Positions 40,436 to 48,671 of a stretch of DNA of 64,000 bases are shown here, in pieces (position 1 is the stretch's first letter; the number at the start of each line of letters is the position of its first letter). A program made the translations under genes and the position numbers. Source of the DNA: Thermoleophilia bacterium (GTDB lineage Bacteria; Actinomycetota; Thermoleophilia; RBG-16-64-13). The stretch spans positions 1,136,715-1,200,714 of the forward strand of contig JAOSKU010000001.1 of NCBI GenBank assembly GCA_027493445.1, given 5' to 3'. The notes under the pieces are model-generated. The model was not told the DNA's origin and ran no database searches. It saw only the letters and a list, made by a program, of their open reading frames with translations.

Positions 40436-40492
40436 GGAAACTCGTTGTGCGTTCAGTTTCCGCCATGGAAACTCGTTTGTCAAGTAGTTTCC
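40436..40492. promoter_or_regulatory. Two tandem TetR operators overlapping the tetR promoter
   Basis: GGAAACT-N12-AGTTTCC at 40436-40461 and 40467-40492; minus-strand TTGACA at 40478-40483. Confidence 0.8.
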
Positions 40493-40509
40493 GGGAAAAG
40501 ATCTGCGCC

Positions 40510-40890
40510 GCCGACAGGCGATGCTGGCGATCTGCCGCGCCAGCTCTGCTTTGGCGAGCAGTCGTCCGAAGCAGGGAGCTCGAGATCCGCGAAGACGTTG
40601 CCGCTGCTGACCTCGTACTCGGGGTTGTGCTGCGTCATTCCTTGCCCTCCTCCCCCATGTCGTCCGTTGATCGTGTATCCGCCGCGCGAGCTCGAGAGCC
40701 TTCACGGCATCAATCTCCCGCTTGGGGGTCGCGGAACCCCGCTTCGACTTCTTCTGGAATGCGTGGAGCACATAGACGGCTTCCGCAAACCTCACTGTGT
40801 ACACCGTCCGGTAGGCATCGCCGCCATGGTGGTCGATGACTTCGTGCACCCCGGCACTGCCGAATCCCCGGAGCGGCTTCGCCGCAGATT
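40510..40890 (-). pseudogene. Decayed RelE/Gp49-like toxin and XRE antitoxin pair
   Basis: KPLRGFGSAGVHEV...YRTVYTVRFAEAVYVLHAFQKKSK with no 5' end, then MTQHNPEYEVSSGNVFADL (truncated). Confidence 0.75.
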
Positions 40891-40991
40891 CGGCACGACG
40901 AATGACCTAGATCATCGTACCGCCGCTCTCGGACGGAACCCGTCCGCCTCCGCCGGGTACTAGCGGCGGGCCGTGGCGCGCTCGTGGCTCC

Positions 40992-42242
40992 CTATGACCT
41001 CCTCGCCCCCAACATCCCCAGGTACGTCGCGTGCCCAACAATCGGCACTCCAAGCTCCCGCGCCTTGCGGGCCTTGCCGCTGAGGGAGTCCGGGTCCGCG
41101 GCCACCACCAGCGTCGTCCGGCCGCTGACCGACCCGGTCACCCGCAGCCCGAGTGTGCGCGCCTGGTACTCGAGGTCCGCGCGGTCCAGACCGGGGGCGT
41201 CCCCCGTGAAGACCACGGTGTCTCCGGGCTTCAGGGCGAAGCCGCCAACGGTGCAGGCCTCGTCCTCCGATGGGCCGCAGGGGTCGAGGGCAACATCCAC
41301 GTCCTCAGCCGACAGACCGAGCGCCACCGCCACCGACACGAGGTCGCGACGCTCCTCCGCGGTCACCACCCCATCCTCCAAGGCAAGCCGTCCCAGGGCC
41401 CGCAGGTAGAGGCAGTGGATGGCGGCAGCGTCTTCTCGGGCGAGCCCCATCATCTCCGCGGCGGCGACCAGTTCGTCCTCCTCATGACGGCTGATCTCTC
41501 GATCGAGCAGCGCCCGGTCGAGCAGCGCCAGATAGCTGTTGGCTTCCGGATGGATCTCGCAGCGTGGCGCCCTCGACGCCAGGCGCGCCAGGAAGTGCTC
41601 CCGACCCGCTCCCGCCGCCGTCCGTCGGGGGACACGCGGAGCGTCCGCGGAAGGCAGAGCAGGCCAGGCGATGCTCTGTGCCTCGGCGATGCTCTGTGCC
41701 TCGGCGATGACGTCGGACCAGTAGCCGAGGAAGTCGCCGTCCTCGTGGATGTAGTGGGAGAGAAGCCGCGCCGACGCCCGAGCGTCGTCCAGGGCGGCGT
41801 GCGTCGACTCGAGACGGTAGCGGATGCATTCGCAGCAGGCCTCGAGCGACCGTGGACCGGCCGGCAGGTAGTGCGACGCGAGCCTCATGGTGCAGAGCCC
41901 GGAGGTGCGATCGATCTTGACAGGGTAGCCCGCCCGACCGAACTCCGCGGCAATGAAGGCCGCGTCGAAAGACAGGTTGTGCGCGACGGGCACGCGGCCC
42001 GCGAGGAGCGTTCCCAGCTCGGGGGCGATCTGGCCGAAAGTGGGAGCCGAGTAGACGTCGGCGGCCGTGAGTCCGTGGATCTCGGTGGCAGCGACGTCGC
42101 GCTCGGGGTTGACCAGGGTGTCCCACTCGTGGATGAGGTTGCCGTCGTCGCCGACAAGGACCACCGCCACCTCGAGGATTCGGTGATGGTGCGCCGGGGA
42201 GAGGCCGGTGGTCTCGACGTCGATGACGGCGTAGCGGGTCAT
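40992..42242 (-). CDS. DEDDh exonuclease (DnaQ-like) with TerB-like helical region and BRCT domain
   Basis: VIDVETTG, AHNLSFD, HAALDDA; ALEDGVVTAEE; VVFTG...SVSGRTTLVV...SGKARKARELGVP. Confidence 0.85.
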   Translation of the reverse strand: MTRYAVIDVETTGLSPAHHHRILEVAVVLVGDDGNLIHEWDTLVNPERDVAATEIHGLTAADVYSAPTFGQIAPELGTLLAGRVPVAHNLSFDAAFIAAEFGRAGYPVKIDRTSGLCTMRLASHYLPAGPRSLEACCECIRYRLESTHAALDDARASARLLSHYIHEDGDFLGYWSDVIAEAQSIAEAQSIAWPALPSADAPRVPRRTAAGAGREHFLARLASRAPRCEIHPEANSYLALLDRALLDREISRHEEDELVAAAEMMGLAREDAAAIHCLYLRALGRLALEDGVVTAEERRDLVSVAVALGLSAEDVDVALDPCGPSEDEACTVGGFALKPGDTVVFTGDAPGLDRADLEYQARTLGLRVTGSVSGRTTLVVAADPDSLSGKARKARELGVPIVGHATYLGMLGARRS

Positions 42243-42329
42243 GCGGCCCCCACCATCTCCCGCCTGTGCGCGCAAACCGACTCTGAGACCGCATCCGACT
42301 TGCCCGTCGACCTCACTCCGGGTAATCGC

Positions 42330-42409
42330 ACGAGCGGCACGCCGAAAGCCGCCTGGCGCAGGCGTGCGACGATCGCCGCGTCGACGCCTTCGCCGACGAG
42401 TAGCTTCAC
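42330..42409 (-). pseudogene. DUF5615 PIN-like toxin, N-terminal remnant
   Basis: GTG overlapping the DUF433 stop: VKLLVGEGVDAAIVARLRQA, then similarity is lost. Confidence 0.55.
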
Positions 42410-42651
42410 GCCACCGACCTGCTAACCGGATAGGTGACGTCGGCGCGCAGCACTTCGGCGCCGAAACGCACGGCGGCAAGTATGCCTTCACGCCTGAGCC
42501 GCGGATGCGCTTGAAGGAGCTCCTCGATCGTTCGGCCGGCGCCGAGCTCCTCGAGGATGGACTCGACGGTGATGCGAGTGCCCTCGACGATGGGCTTGCC
42601 CATCATCACAGCGGGATCAGCGTGGATTCCTTGCGCGGGCATTGCCAACAC
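42406..42651 (-). CDS. DUF433 antitoxin-like protein
   Basis: DPAVMMGKPIVEGTRITVE...HPRL. Confidence 0.85.
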   Translation of the reverse strand: MLAMPAQGIHADPAVMMGKPIVEGTRITVESILEELGAGRTIEELLQAHPRLRREGILAAVRFGAEVLRADVTYPVSRSVA

Positions 42652-42771
42652 CCCCTAGGCTACTAGCTATGTACGATACCACCGAGCACGCGACTGGTAC
42701 CCCACGGCGCGAATCCAAAGAACGCCAGGTCCATGGCCCGCGCGCGAGCCGGAGCGGCGAGTCGAACGAAC

Positions 42772-43488
42772 TCAGTGAGAGGTGCAACCTTCCCCGTCGG
42801 CCACCCAAACCCACCCCTCGGCTCGGGCCAACTCGAGGTCGTGAGGCCGGCAGGCTCGCCCGCGGAGGAAGTCGGCGGCCGCAAGAACGCACACGACTGC
42901 ATCCGCGGCATGAAGCGAGTCTAGGACTGACCTGTCAATCGAATGCACATCGACAATCGCTTCGAGCCCCTCGAGAGATCCGCCGACATCGCGGGCACCA
43001 TGGGCCAGGCGGGTGGCGGCGGGATAGACCTCGATGGCTCGAAAGGGCTCCCGCTCTTCGGGCGCCCAGGCCAACGGAATGGGCCGCCCGGTCCTCCGCC
43101 GCAGCGATTCCAGGAGTTCGAGCGCGGCAACGGCCGTCAGCCAGATTAGATTCGCGCCCACCTCGAGTGGACGCTTGCCTAAACGGCACATGACATGTAG
43201 GTCGGTAGCCCGCCGGAAGAGCTCATCGGCGGACGCAGCCATCGGCGACCCAGCTTCGTGACTCGCGAGAGCGGCCCCAAGGGCCTTTGGCCAGCCAAGC
43301 GGCGCGTCGAGGGCGACTATGGCCTCGGCGGAGTCAGCGAGCCAGGCGGCGGCGATCTCCACCGGAGACTCGCGCCGACTGGCAAGTCGGCAGCGGGTGA
43401 TGCACACCCGCTCACCATCCACCTCCCCGAGCGCGAGACCGACCTTTCCCGGCTGTGTGGCGCAGTCGATTCCAAGCAACGAAGCCAT
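42772..43488 (-). CDS. DUF429 (RNase H-like fold) protein
   Basis: LGIDCA, ALDAPLGWP, IEVYPAA, DAVVC, EGWVW. Confidence 0.8.
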   Translation of the reverse strand: MASLLGIDCATQPGKVGLALGEVDGERVCITRCRLASRRESPVEIAAAWLADSAEAIVALDAPLGWPKALGAALASHEAGSPMAASADELFRRATDLHVMCRLGKRPLEVGANLIWLTAVAALELLESLRRRTGRPIPLAWAPEEREPFRAIEVYPAATRLAHGARDVGGSLEGLEAIVDVHSIDRSVLDSLHAADAVVCVLAAADFLRGRACRPHDLELARAEGWVWVADGEGCTSH

Positions 43489-43534
43489 GCCTCTCTTCCC
43501 ATCAGTTCGGCGCCCGATGCGTCAGAGTGGAACC

Positions 43535-43679
43535 TCATTCCATGAAGTAGTCCGCGTCGATCTTCTTGACCTCGTAGCTCGCCATCGGACTGACCCCGAG
43601 GTTGTGGTCCATCATCAGACCGGACAGCTCCTCGCCGTCGATGAGCCCGATCTTGTTGTCGATTCTCGAGACGATGGCC
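43535..43679 (-). pseudogene. mrr: Mrr restriction endonuclease, C-terminal remnant
   Basis: Manual translation VSRIDNKIGLIDGEELSGLMMDHNLGVSPMASYEVKKIDADYFME*. Confidence 0.75.
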
Positions 43680-43719
43680 GCAAGCGAAGCACGTTAGCTC
43701 GAAGCCATTGTTGGCACGA

Positions 43720-43953
43720 TCACACGTCGCCCTCGTCCGGCTCAGTATCTCGAACCTTCGACATCCCGCGCTCGAACGCGCCGCGATCGCCGCGGGCCGC
43801 ACGCTCCTCCAGGTAGTCCAGGATCATGAGCGCCGCCATCTTCTCCGCGAGGGCGGTCGTGATGAGCTGGTTGATCGAGACGTCTTCCGCCTTCGCGAGT
43901 TCGCGCACTCGACGGTGCAGTGATTCCGGCAGACGCAGGCTGATGGTGCTCAT
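43720..43953 (-). CDS. Ribbon-helix-helix antitoxin (HicB-like RHH)
   Basis: MSTISLRLPESLHRRVRELAKAEDVSINQLITTALAEK. Confidence 0.85.
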   Translation of the reverse strand: MSTISLRLPESLHRRVRELAKAEDVSINQLITTALAEKMAALMILDYLEERAARGDRGAFERGMSKVRDTEPDEGDV

Positions 43954-44100
43954 GATGAACCTCCGATGCTTCGCAAATACTCTCCGGGTCTCACTGCTCG
44001 GATGCCGAAGCGCTCCGAACCGGCGAAGTCCCTTACGTCGTGGGTGACGATGAACGCGCACCCGCCCCGACCGCAAGTTCGAGCACGTGATCATCTCGCG
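43950..44100 (-). pseudogene. PIN-domain toxin, C-terminal remnant
   Basis: DDHVLELAV / CAFIVTHDVRDFAGSERFGIRAVRPGEYL; 5' half missing. Confidence 0.7.
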
Positions 44101-44244
44101 CGTCCTTCAGGACCGGTCGCCACAGGAGTCTCATTGAGCTGCCGGATCGTCTCGTGCAGTTCTCGGGTCGCTTCGCTGCCGTTCCACTGCTCCAGCGGAA
44201 TCGCCACGTCTGTCATGATCATCCACCCCCCTCCGTGGGCGTCG

Positions 44245-44302
44245 GCCCAACGCACGACCGCTGACCGGCTGGCGGAGCCAGTCCGTTCCAGCGGCCTGTT
44301 AT
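44245..44302 (-). other. attC site interrupted in its R'' box by the IS701-like element
   Basis: Minus strand [GC]ATAAC-AGGCCGCTGGAACGG...CCGGTCAGCGG-TCGTGC-GTTGGGC; removing the IS restores GCATAAC. Confidence 0.7.
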
Positions 44303-45745
44303 TAGTACTTTGTTACTCCAGCCGATGGAACAGCACCAGCTGGTTGAGGTCGACGGTCTGGTTACAGGTCTGGCAGCGGCCGTGCCAACACCGCAAGGCG
44401 GGCTGCAGGATCAGCACCGCCTGGGGCAGTGTCAGTCCGGCCGCCGGACTTTTGGGGAGAGCCGTTCGAGCGTGAGGAAGGCATGGGCGCAGGGCACCAG
44501 AGCGCAGTGATGATGGAAGCCCGGATAGCTTCGACCCTCGTAGTGATCCAGACCGAGCTCGCCTTTGAGCTGCCGGTAGTCGAGTTCGATAGTCCAGCGC
44601 AGGCGGGCGAGCCGGGCGAGATGCTCGGACTCGCTGTCTTCCGGCAGGTTGGAGAGCCAGTAGTCGGTGGGAGCCTCCGTGTCTTGGGGCCACTCGATGA
44701 TGAGCCACTCGGTGCGGGGCTCCTCTCCTCTGCGCTCTACGGCGTTCGCGGCCCAGACCCGGACAAAAGCGAAGCGGCTTACCACCTCCTCCCCCGCTTT
44801 GGTCGTCCGGTAGGGGAGCGTCTGCCAGGCCCCAGGGTTAAGCTCCCGGGCGAGCGCGCTCACCGAGACGGGCTTGCGGTCGGGCCGGTGGCGGACGACC
44901 GGCCGGCCGGGTCGGGCGCTCTTCGCAGGAGCTTTAAAGCCGGTCCCCGGTTCGAACACCCCGAGCTGGGGCGAGACGGCCACCAGATAGGTGAGCTTGA
45001 GATCGTGCAAGCCCGTACGGAAAGCCGTGTCGTCCCCGTAGGCTTGGTCGGCCAGGATGGGGGCCCGGGGATCTCCCAATCCGCCGCCTGCGCTGCCAAG
45101 GCCGTGGCGAGCTGCGGTTTGGTCTTAAAGGTGACCCCCTCCGGTATCTTGGCCTTCTCCCGCCGGGGCCCGTCCCCACACCACTCCTCCGGCAGGTAAA
45201 GGGCCCAGCCCAAAGGAGCCGTGCCCCGAGAACCAGCCGCATGCAGGCTCACCGTGATCTGGCAGCTGTCTAACTTGCCCAGCGTGCCCGAGTACTGGCG
45301 CTTCACCCCGGGGGAGTGCGAGCCGACTTTCGGGATGCCGGTGTCGTCGATGACCCAGGCGCTCACCTCGATCTCGGGCACCACTCGCTCGGCGCAGGCG
45401 CGCACGAGCATATCCGGGTCCCAGGGGGAATCCGCCAAAAACTGCTGCAGGCTCTCATAGCGGGCCGCGTCTTCTCCCAAGCGAAAGAGCGTGGGCCAGA
45501 GGCTCTTGCGCCCCCGTGCTCGACCAGACCGCGCACATAAAGGAGGGCGTTCTCCCTTTGGCGCACGTGGGAGAAGCTCGCCACCATCTCGGCGACGAAG
45601 GCCATAAGACGCTCACGCGCGTCGGCCGCGGTCGCATCCGTCTCCAGGGCCACCTGCATCTTTCCCTCCTTCCCGACATGATCCCATCCGCGGACCATGT
45701 TCGGCGTGGGGTGAGGGGGTCCTGCAATAGTCTAACAAAGTACTA
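44303..45745 (-). mobile_element. IS701-family insertion sequence (transposase 44313-45659, frameshifted)
   Basis: 13-bp TIR TAGTACTTTGTTA / TAACAAAGTACTA, TTAT target duplication; SLQQFLADSPWD, IDDTG, GVKRQYSG, RWTIE..YRQLKGELGLDHYEGRS. Confidence 0.9.
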
Positions 45746-45809
45746 TTATGCGCCTATCAGATATTGGCGAACGGATCAGGCTCGCCACTGAATAGCGGTT
45801 GAGTCAGAT

Positions 45810-46205
45810 TCAGAACGCATCGAGCGCGACGGCTACCGCTGGGAATGACTTCAGCAATTGCGCATCGGATGTCACAAGCGGCACGCCAAGCTCCTGCGCC
45901 AGCGCAACAAACTCGCAGTCGTAGGCCGAACAGGGCGAGGTCGATGCGAGACTCAGGACCTGTCCGGATTCCACCCGGTACTCGGAGCCGTCAAGTAGAG
46001 ATTCGGCCTCCGCGACCAGTTCCAATGCGTCTGAGAGAACAAGCTGTCCGCGCTTGAGATAAGTAGCCACGACGTTACGGAACTCACTGCGCCATAGAAT
46101 CGGTGCAGCCCAGTGCGGGTCCTTCTGAAAAGTCTGCCGTGCCTGTGGGGTTTTCTGCCCGCCCAGAAAAAGATAGGCAATGACATTCGTGTCGACGACT
46201 ATCAT
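45810..46205 (-). CDS. vapC: VapC/PIN toxin
   Basis: MIVVDTNVI, SEFRN, SAYDCEFVALA, LVTSD. Confidence 0.9.
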   Translation of the reverse strand: MIVVDTNVIAYLFLGGQKTPQARQTFQKDPHWAAPILWRSEFRNVVATYLKRGQLVLSDALELVAEAESLLDGSEYRVESGQVLSLASTSPCSAYDCEFVALAQELGVPLVTSDAQLLKSFPAVAVALDAF

Positions 46206-46444
46206 GGGCGCCCTGAATCCTTGGCAATCTTAAGAGAATCTTCCGTGAGCGGCGGGAGCGCAACCCTCTCGCGCAGAGCATCCGCACGATTGAGAAGTGT
46301 GGTCGCGTCGATCCGCTGGCTCGCGAAAGCTCTTTCCAGGCAGACGATAACCTCACTGTTGATGCTCCGACGATGGGCAGCGGCGCTCTTCTTCAGGCGC
46401 GCATAGAGCTCGTCAGGAATGCTCTTGATCGTTATTGTTGCCAT
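46202..46444 (-). CDS. FitA/Arc-like RHH antitoxin
   Basis: MATITIKSIPDELYARLKKSAAAHRRSINSEV; upstream palindrome TGCATGAT-TCC-ATTATGCA at 46467-46485. Confidence 0.88.
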   Translation of the reverse strand: MATITIKSIPDELYARLKKSAAAHRRSINSEVIVCLERAFASQRIDATTLLNRADALRERVALPPLTEDSLKIAKDSGRP

Positions 46445-46520
46445 CCCCGATTCCTCCGGCGGTTCCTGCATGATTCCATTATGCAACCATTCTACATGTT
46501 CCTACCGGACGGCGTCAACC

Positions 46521-46587
46521 GGCTAACGCTCTTGCGCGTCAGCGGAGGGCCGCGCAGCGGACTGTGCGTTGCAACCGGATGCCAGAC
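46521..46587 (-). other. attC site (degenerate R'')
   Basis: GTCTGGC-ATCCGGTTGCAACG...CGCTGACGCGCAAGAGC-GTTAGCC. Confidence 0.6.
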
Positions 46588-46594
46588 GCCCCTT

Positions 46595-46900
46595 TCACCC
46601 GACCGCCCACTCCGAAGAGAGCAAGGTCGCCTGCTCTAGAACTGTCTGCGTGGCCTTCTCCTGCTTGTCCGGCGGGTAGCCGTGCTTGCGCAGGATGCGG
46701 CTGACTGCCAGCGCGCTTCGGACGGAACCCAGAAGATGCTCTGGGCGCGGTGCTCGTCCGGGGCCTCGGGATCGGCACCCTTGGCCTGTGCGGCGACGAG
46801 CTTGGCGTACTGCTCCTCGAAGGCGTCGGAGATGTATTTGAGGAATATGAGACCGAGGACGACGTGTTTGTACTCGGCCGCGTCCATGCTGCCGCGAAGT
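46595..46900 (-). pseudogene. Collapsed type I R-M remnant: hsdM N-terminus joined to hsdR C-terminus
   Basis: [23 protein letters not shown]...[10 protein letters not shown], followed immediately in another frame by [24 protein letters not shown]...*. Confidence 0.85.
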
Positions 46901-46933
46901 GCCGCCGCCCTGACGGTCGACCCGCAGTCGTCT

Positions 46934-47698
46934 CTAGATATTCATCCCTCCGTCGGCCATGAACACGCTCCCGGTGGAGAAGCTGCTCTGGTCGGAGGCC
47001 AGGAACAGGAGCATGCGCGCGATCTCCTCCGCCTGGGCGTGGCGGCCCAACGGGATCACGCGATTCAGGAACTCGGTGCCGTCTTCGCCCACGATCTCGG
47101 TCAGCGTCTCCTCGATGGTGGTCTGGAACTGGTTGTCGATGGGTCCGGGGGCGAGCACGTTCACCCGGATGCCGCGCCCGGCCGCTTCCCTCGCCACCAC
47201 GCGGGCCAGGCCGATCAGCGCGTGCTTGGAGGTGGCATAGGCGCAGGTGCCGGGATCGGCGCGCACGCCCATGATGCTCGAGGTGATGACGATGCTGCCG
47301 CCGTCCCTCATGCGCGGCAGGCCGTACTTGCAGGCGAGGAACGAGCCGCGCACGTTGGTTGCCATCACCGCGTCGAAAGTCTCCTCGGGGAACTCGGTCA
47401 CCGGAGAGAGCACGCCGGCTATGCCCGCGTGGCTGAAGAGGACGTCGATGGGGCCCCAGGCGGCCACGGCCCGCTCGAGGTAGCGGACGGTATCCTCCGC
47501 GCTCGAGACGTCGGCGGCCAGCCAGTCCAGGTGGCCCGGGCGCGCGGACAAGGTCTCGGCGGCGCGGGCGAGCTTCTCCTCGGTACGGCCGACGAGGAGG
47601 ACACGCGCCCCCTCCTCCAAGAGGAGCGCGGCGCTCGCGTACCCCACGCTGCCGGCGCCGCCGGTCACGACGCACACCTTGTCGTTCATGATCCCCAT
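46934..47698 (-). CDS. Short-chain dehydrogenase/reductase
   Basis: [20 protein letters not shown]. Confidence 0.92.
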   Translation of the reverse strand: MGIMNDKVCVVTGGAGSVGYASAALLLEEGARVLLVGRTEEKLARAAETLSARPGHLDWLAADVSSAEDTVRYLERAVAAWGPIDVLFSHAGIAGVLSPVTEFPEETFDAVMATNVRGSFLACKYGLPRMRDGGSIVITSSIMGVRADPGTCAYATSKHALIGLARVVAREAAGRGIRVNVLAPGPIDNQFQTTIEETLTEIVGEDGTEFLNRVIPLGRHAQAEEIARMLLFLASDQSSFSTGSVFMADGGMNI

Positions 47699-47752
47699 GG
47701 TGCTCCTCCCAGTCGTATCAGATCCGCGAGTCCGATCGTCGGGGCCGGCTCG

Positions 47753-47971
47753 CTACCGGGTGCGCCCCTGTGTGATACGGACGAAGATGTCGGGCGCGTT
47801 GTCACCGAGATAGTTGATGGCTTCACGGATAATCATGAACTCGCGCTCGACCGCCGAGCGGACCATCCGGTTCGCAACATAGGACTTCACGTCCACGCCG
47901 GCGACATAGGCGGCGATCGCGTCGCAGGAGATGACGATGTCCTCGACGAACGCGCGCGGCTCACGCTGCAT
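47753..47971 (-). pseudogene. HepT/DUF86 toxin, truncated before the RxxxxH motif
   Basis: RSAVEREFMIIREA followed by a premature end. Confidence 0.75.
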
Positions 47972-48275
47972 AGAGCATCTGCTTCGTGCGCTCGACTTCT
48001 GCACGGATGTAGCGGTTCTTGATCGCGTCGCTCATGACGAGATCGACATTCGTGCCGAGAAGTGCGCGCAGCTCATCGAGCAGCCCAAAATAGGCGTCGA
48101 TCAGCTCGAACGGATCCTGGTCCCCGAAGTCCGCAAGCAGGTCGACGTCGCTCTCACCGAAGCGGTAGTCATCACGGATCGCCGAGCCGAAGACGTCCAT
48201 GCGCACGACCCCGTACTTGCGGCACAATGCAGCGATAGCGTCACGTTGGCTCTCGAGTGCTGCGACCATGATCAA
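47961..48275 (-). CDS. Minimal nucleotidyltransferase (MntA antitoxin)
   Basis: VFGSAIRDDY..ESDVDLL, VDLV, IKNRYI. Confidence 0.88.
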   Translation of the reverse strand: MIMVAALESQRDAIAALCRKYGVVRMDVFGSAIRDDYRFGESDVDLLADFGDQDPFELIDAYFGLLDELRALLGTNVDLVMSDAIKNRYIRAEVERTKQMLYAA

Positions 48276-48349
48276 CCTCCACGCCTATGATACCCCCGCT
48301 CACAAGCGGTGCCGCCCACGCCGCAATGCGTACCGCCTCCATGGAGGCG

Positions 48350-48411
48350 GACTGACGCCCTGGCGCATGACCGCGCCGCACAGCGGCGTCCGGTTGATGC
48401 GCCTGCTAGCT
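48350..48411 (-). other. Degenerate attC site
   Basis: AGCTAGC-AGGCGCATCAACCGGACGCCGC...GCGGCGCGGTCATGCGCC-AGGGC-GTCAGTC. Confidence 0.55.
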
Positions 48412-48421
48412 GCCCGTAGGC

Positions 48422-48559
48422 CTAGCTCGCCTGGGCCCGCACTTGCACCTCGCGCTCCAACCGGTCACCGAGCTCGTCAGCCGCGACGTCAAGATCGTAG
48501 TCAGACTGCAGACCGAGCCAGAACTGAGGCGAGGTGCCAAAGTAGCGCGCCAGGGCCAC
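48422..48559 (-). pseudogene. HigA antitoxin, C-terminal remnant
   Basis: LARYFGTSPQFWLGLQSDYDLDVAADELGDRLEREV. Confidence 0.75.
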
Positions 48560-48565
48560 TTGTGC

Positions 48566-48625
48566 GCCCAACGCTAGGCATCAGCGGCGATACGCAGCGG
48601 CGGCCGCTGCCTGCTGGTGTTGGGC
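48566..48625 (-). other. attC site (60 bp) closing the type I R-M cassette
   Basis: R'' GCCCAAC, internal inverted repeats (GCAGGCAGCGGC / GCCGCTGATGC), R' GTTGGGC. Confidence 0.85.
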
Positions 48626-48671
48626 CGCCCTTCACAATCTGCCCTTACTGGTCGACGGCGCATCGCCCTGA

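Noticed and set aside
42700-42775. Possible additional attC downstream of DUF429
   Set aside because: Only a partial ACTCGC/GCTCGC resemblance; no recognisable R'' and R' boxes.
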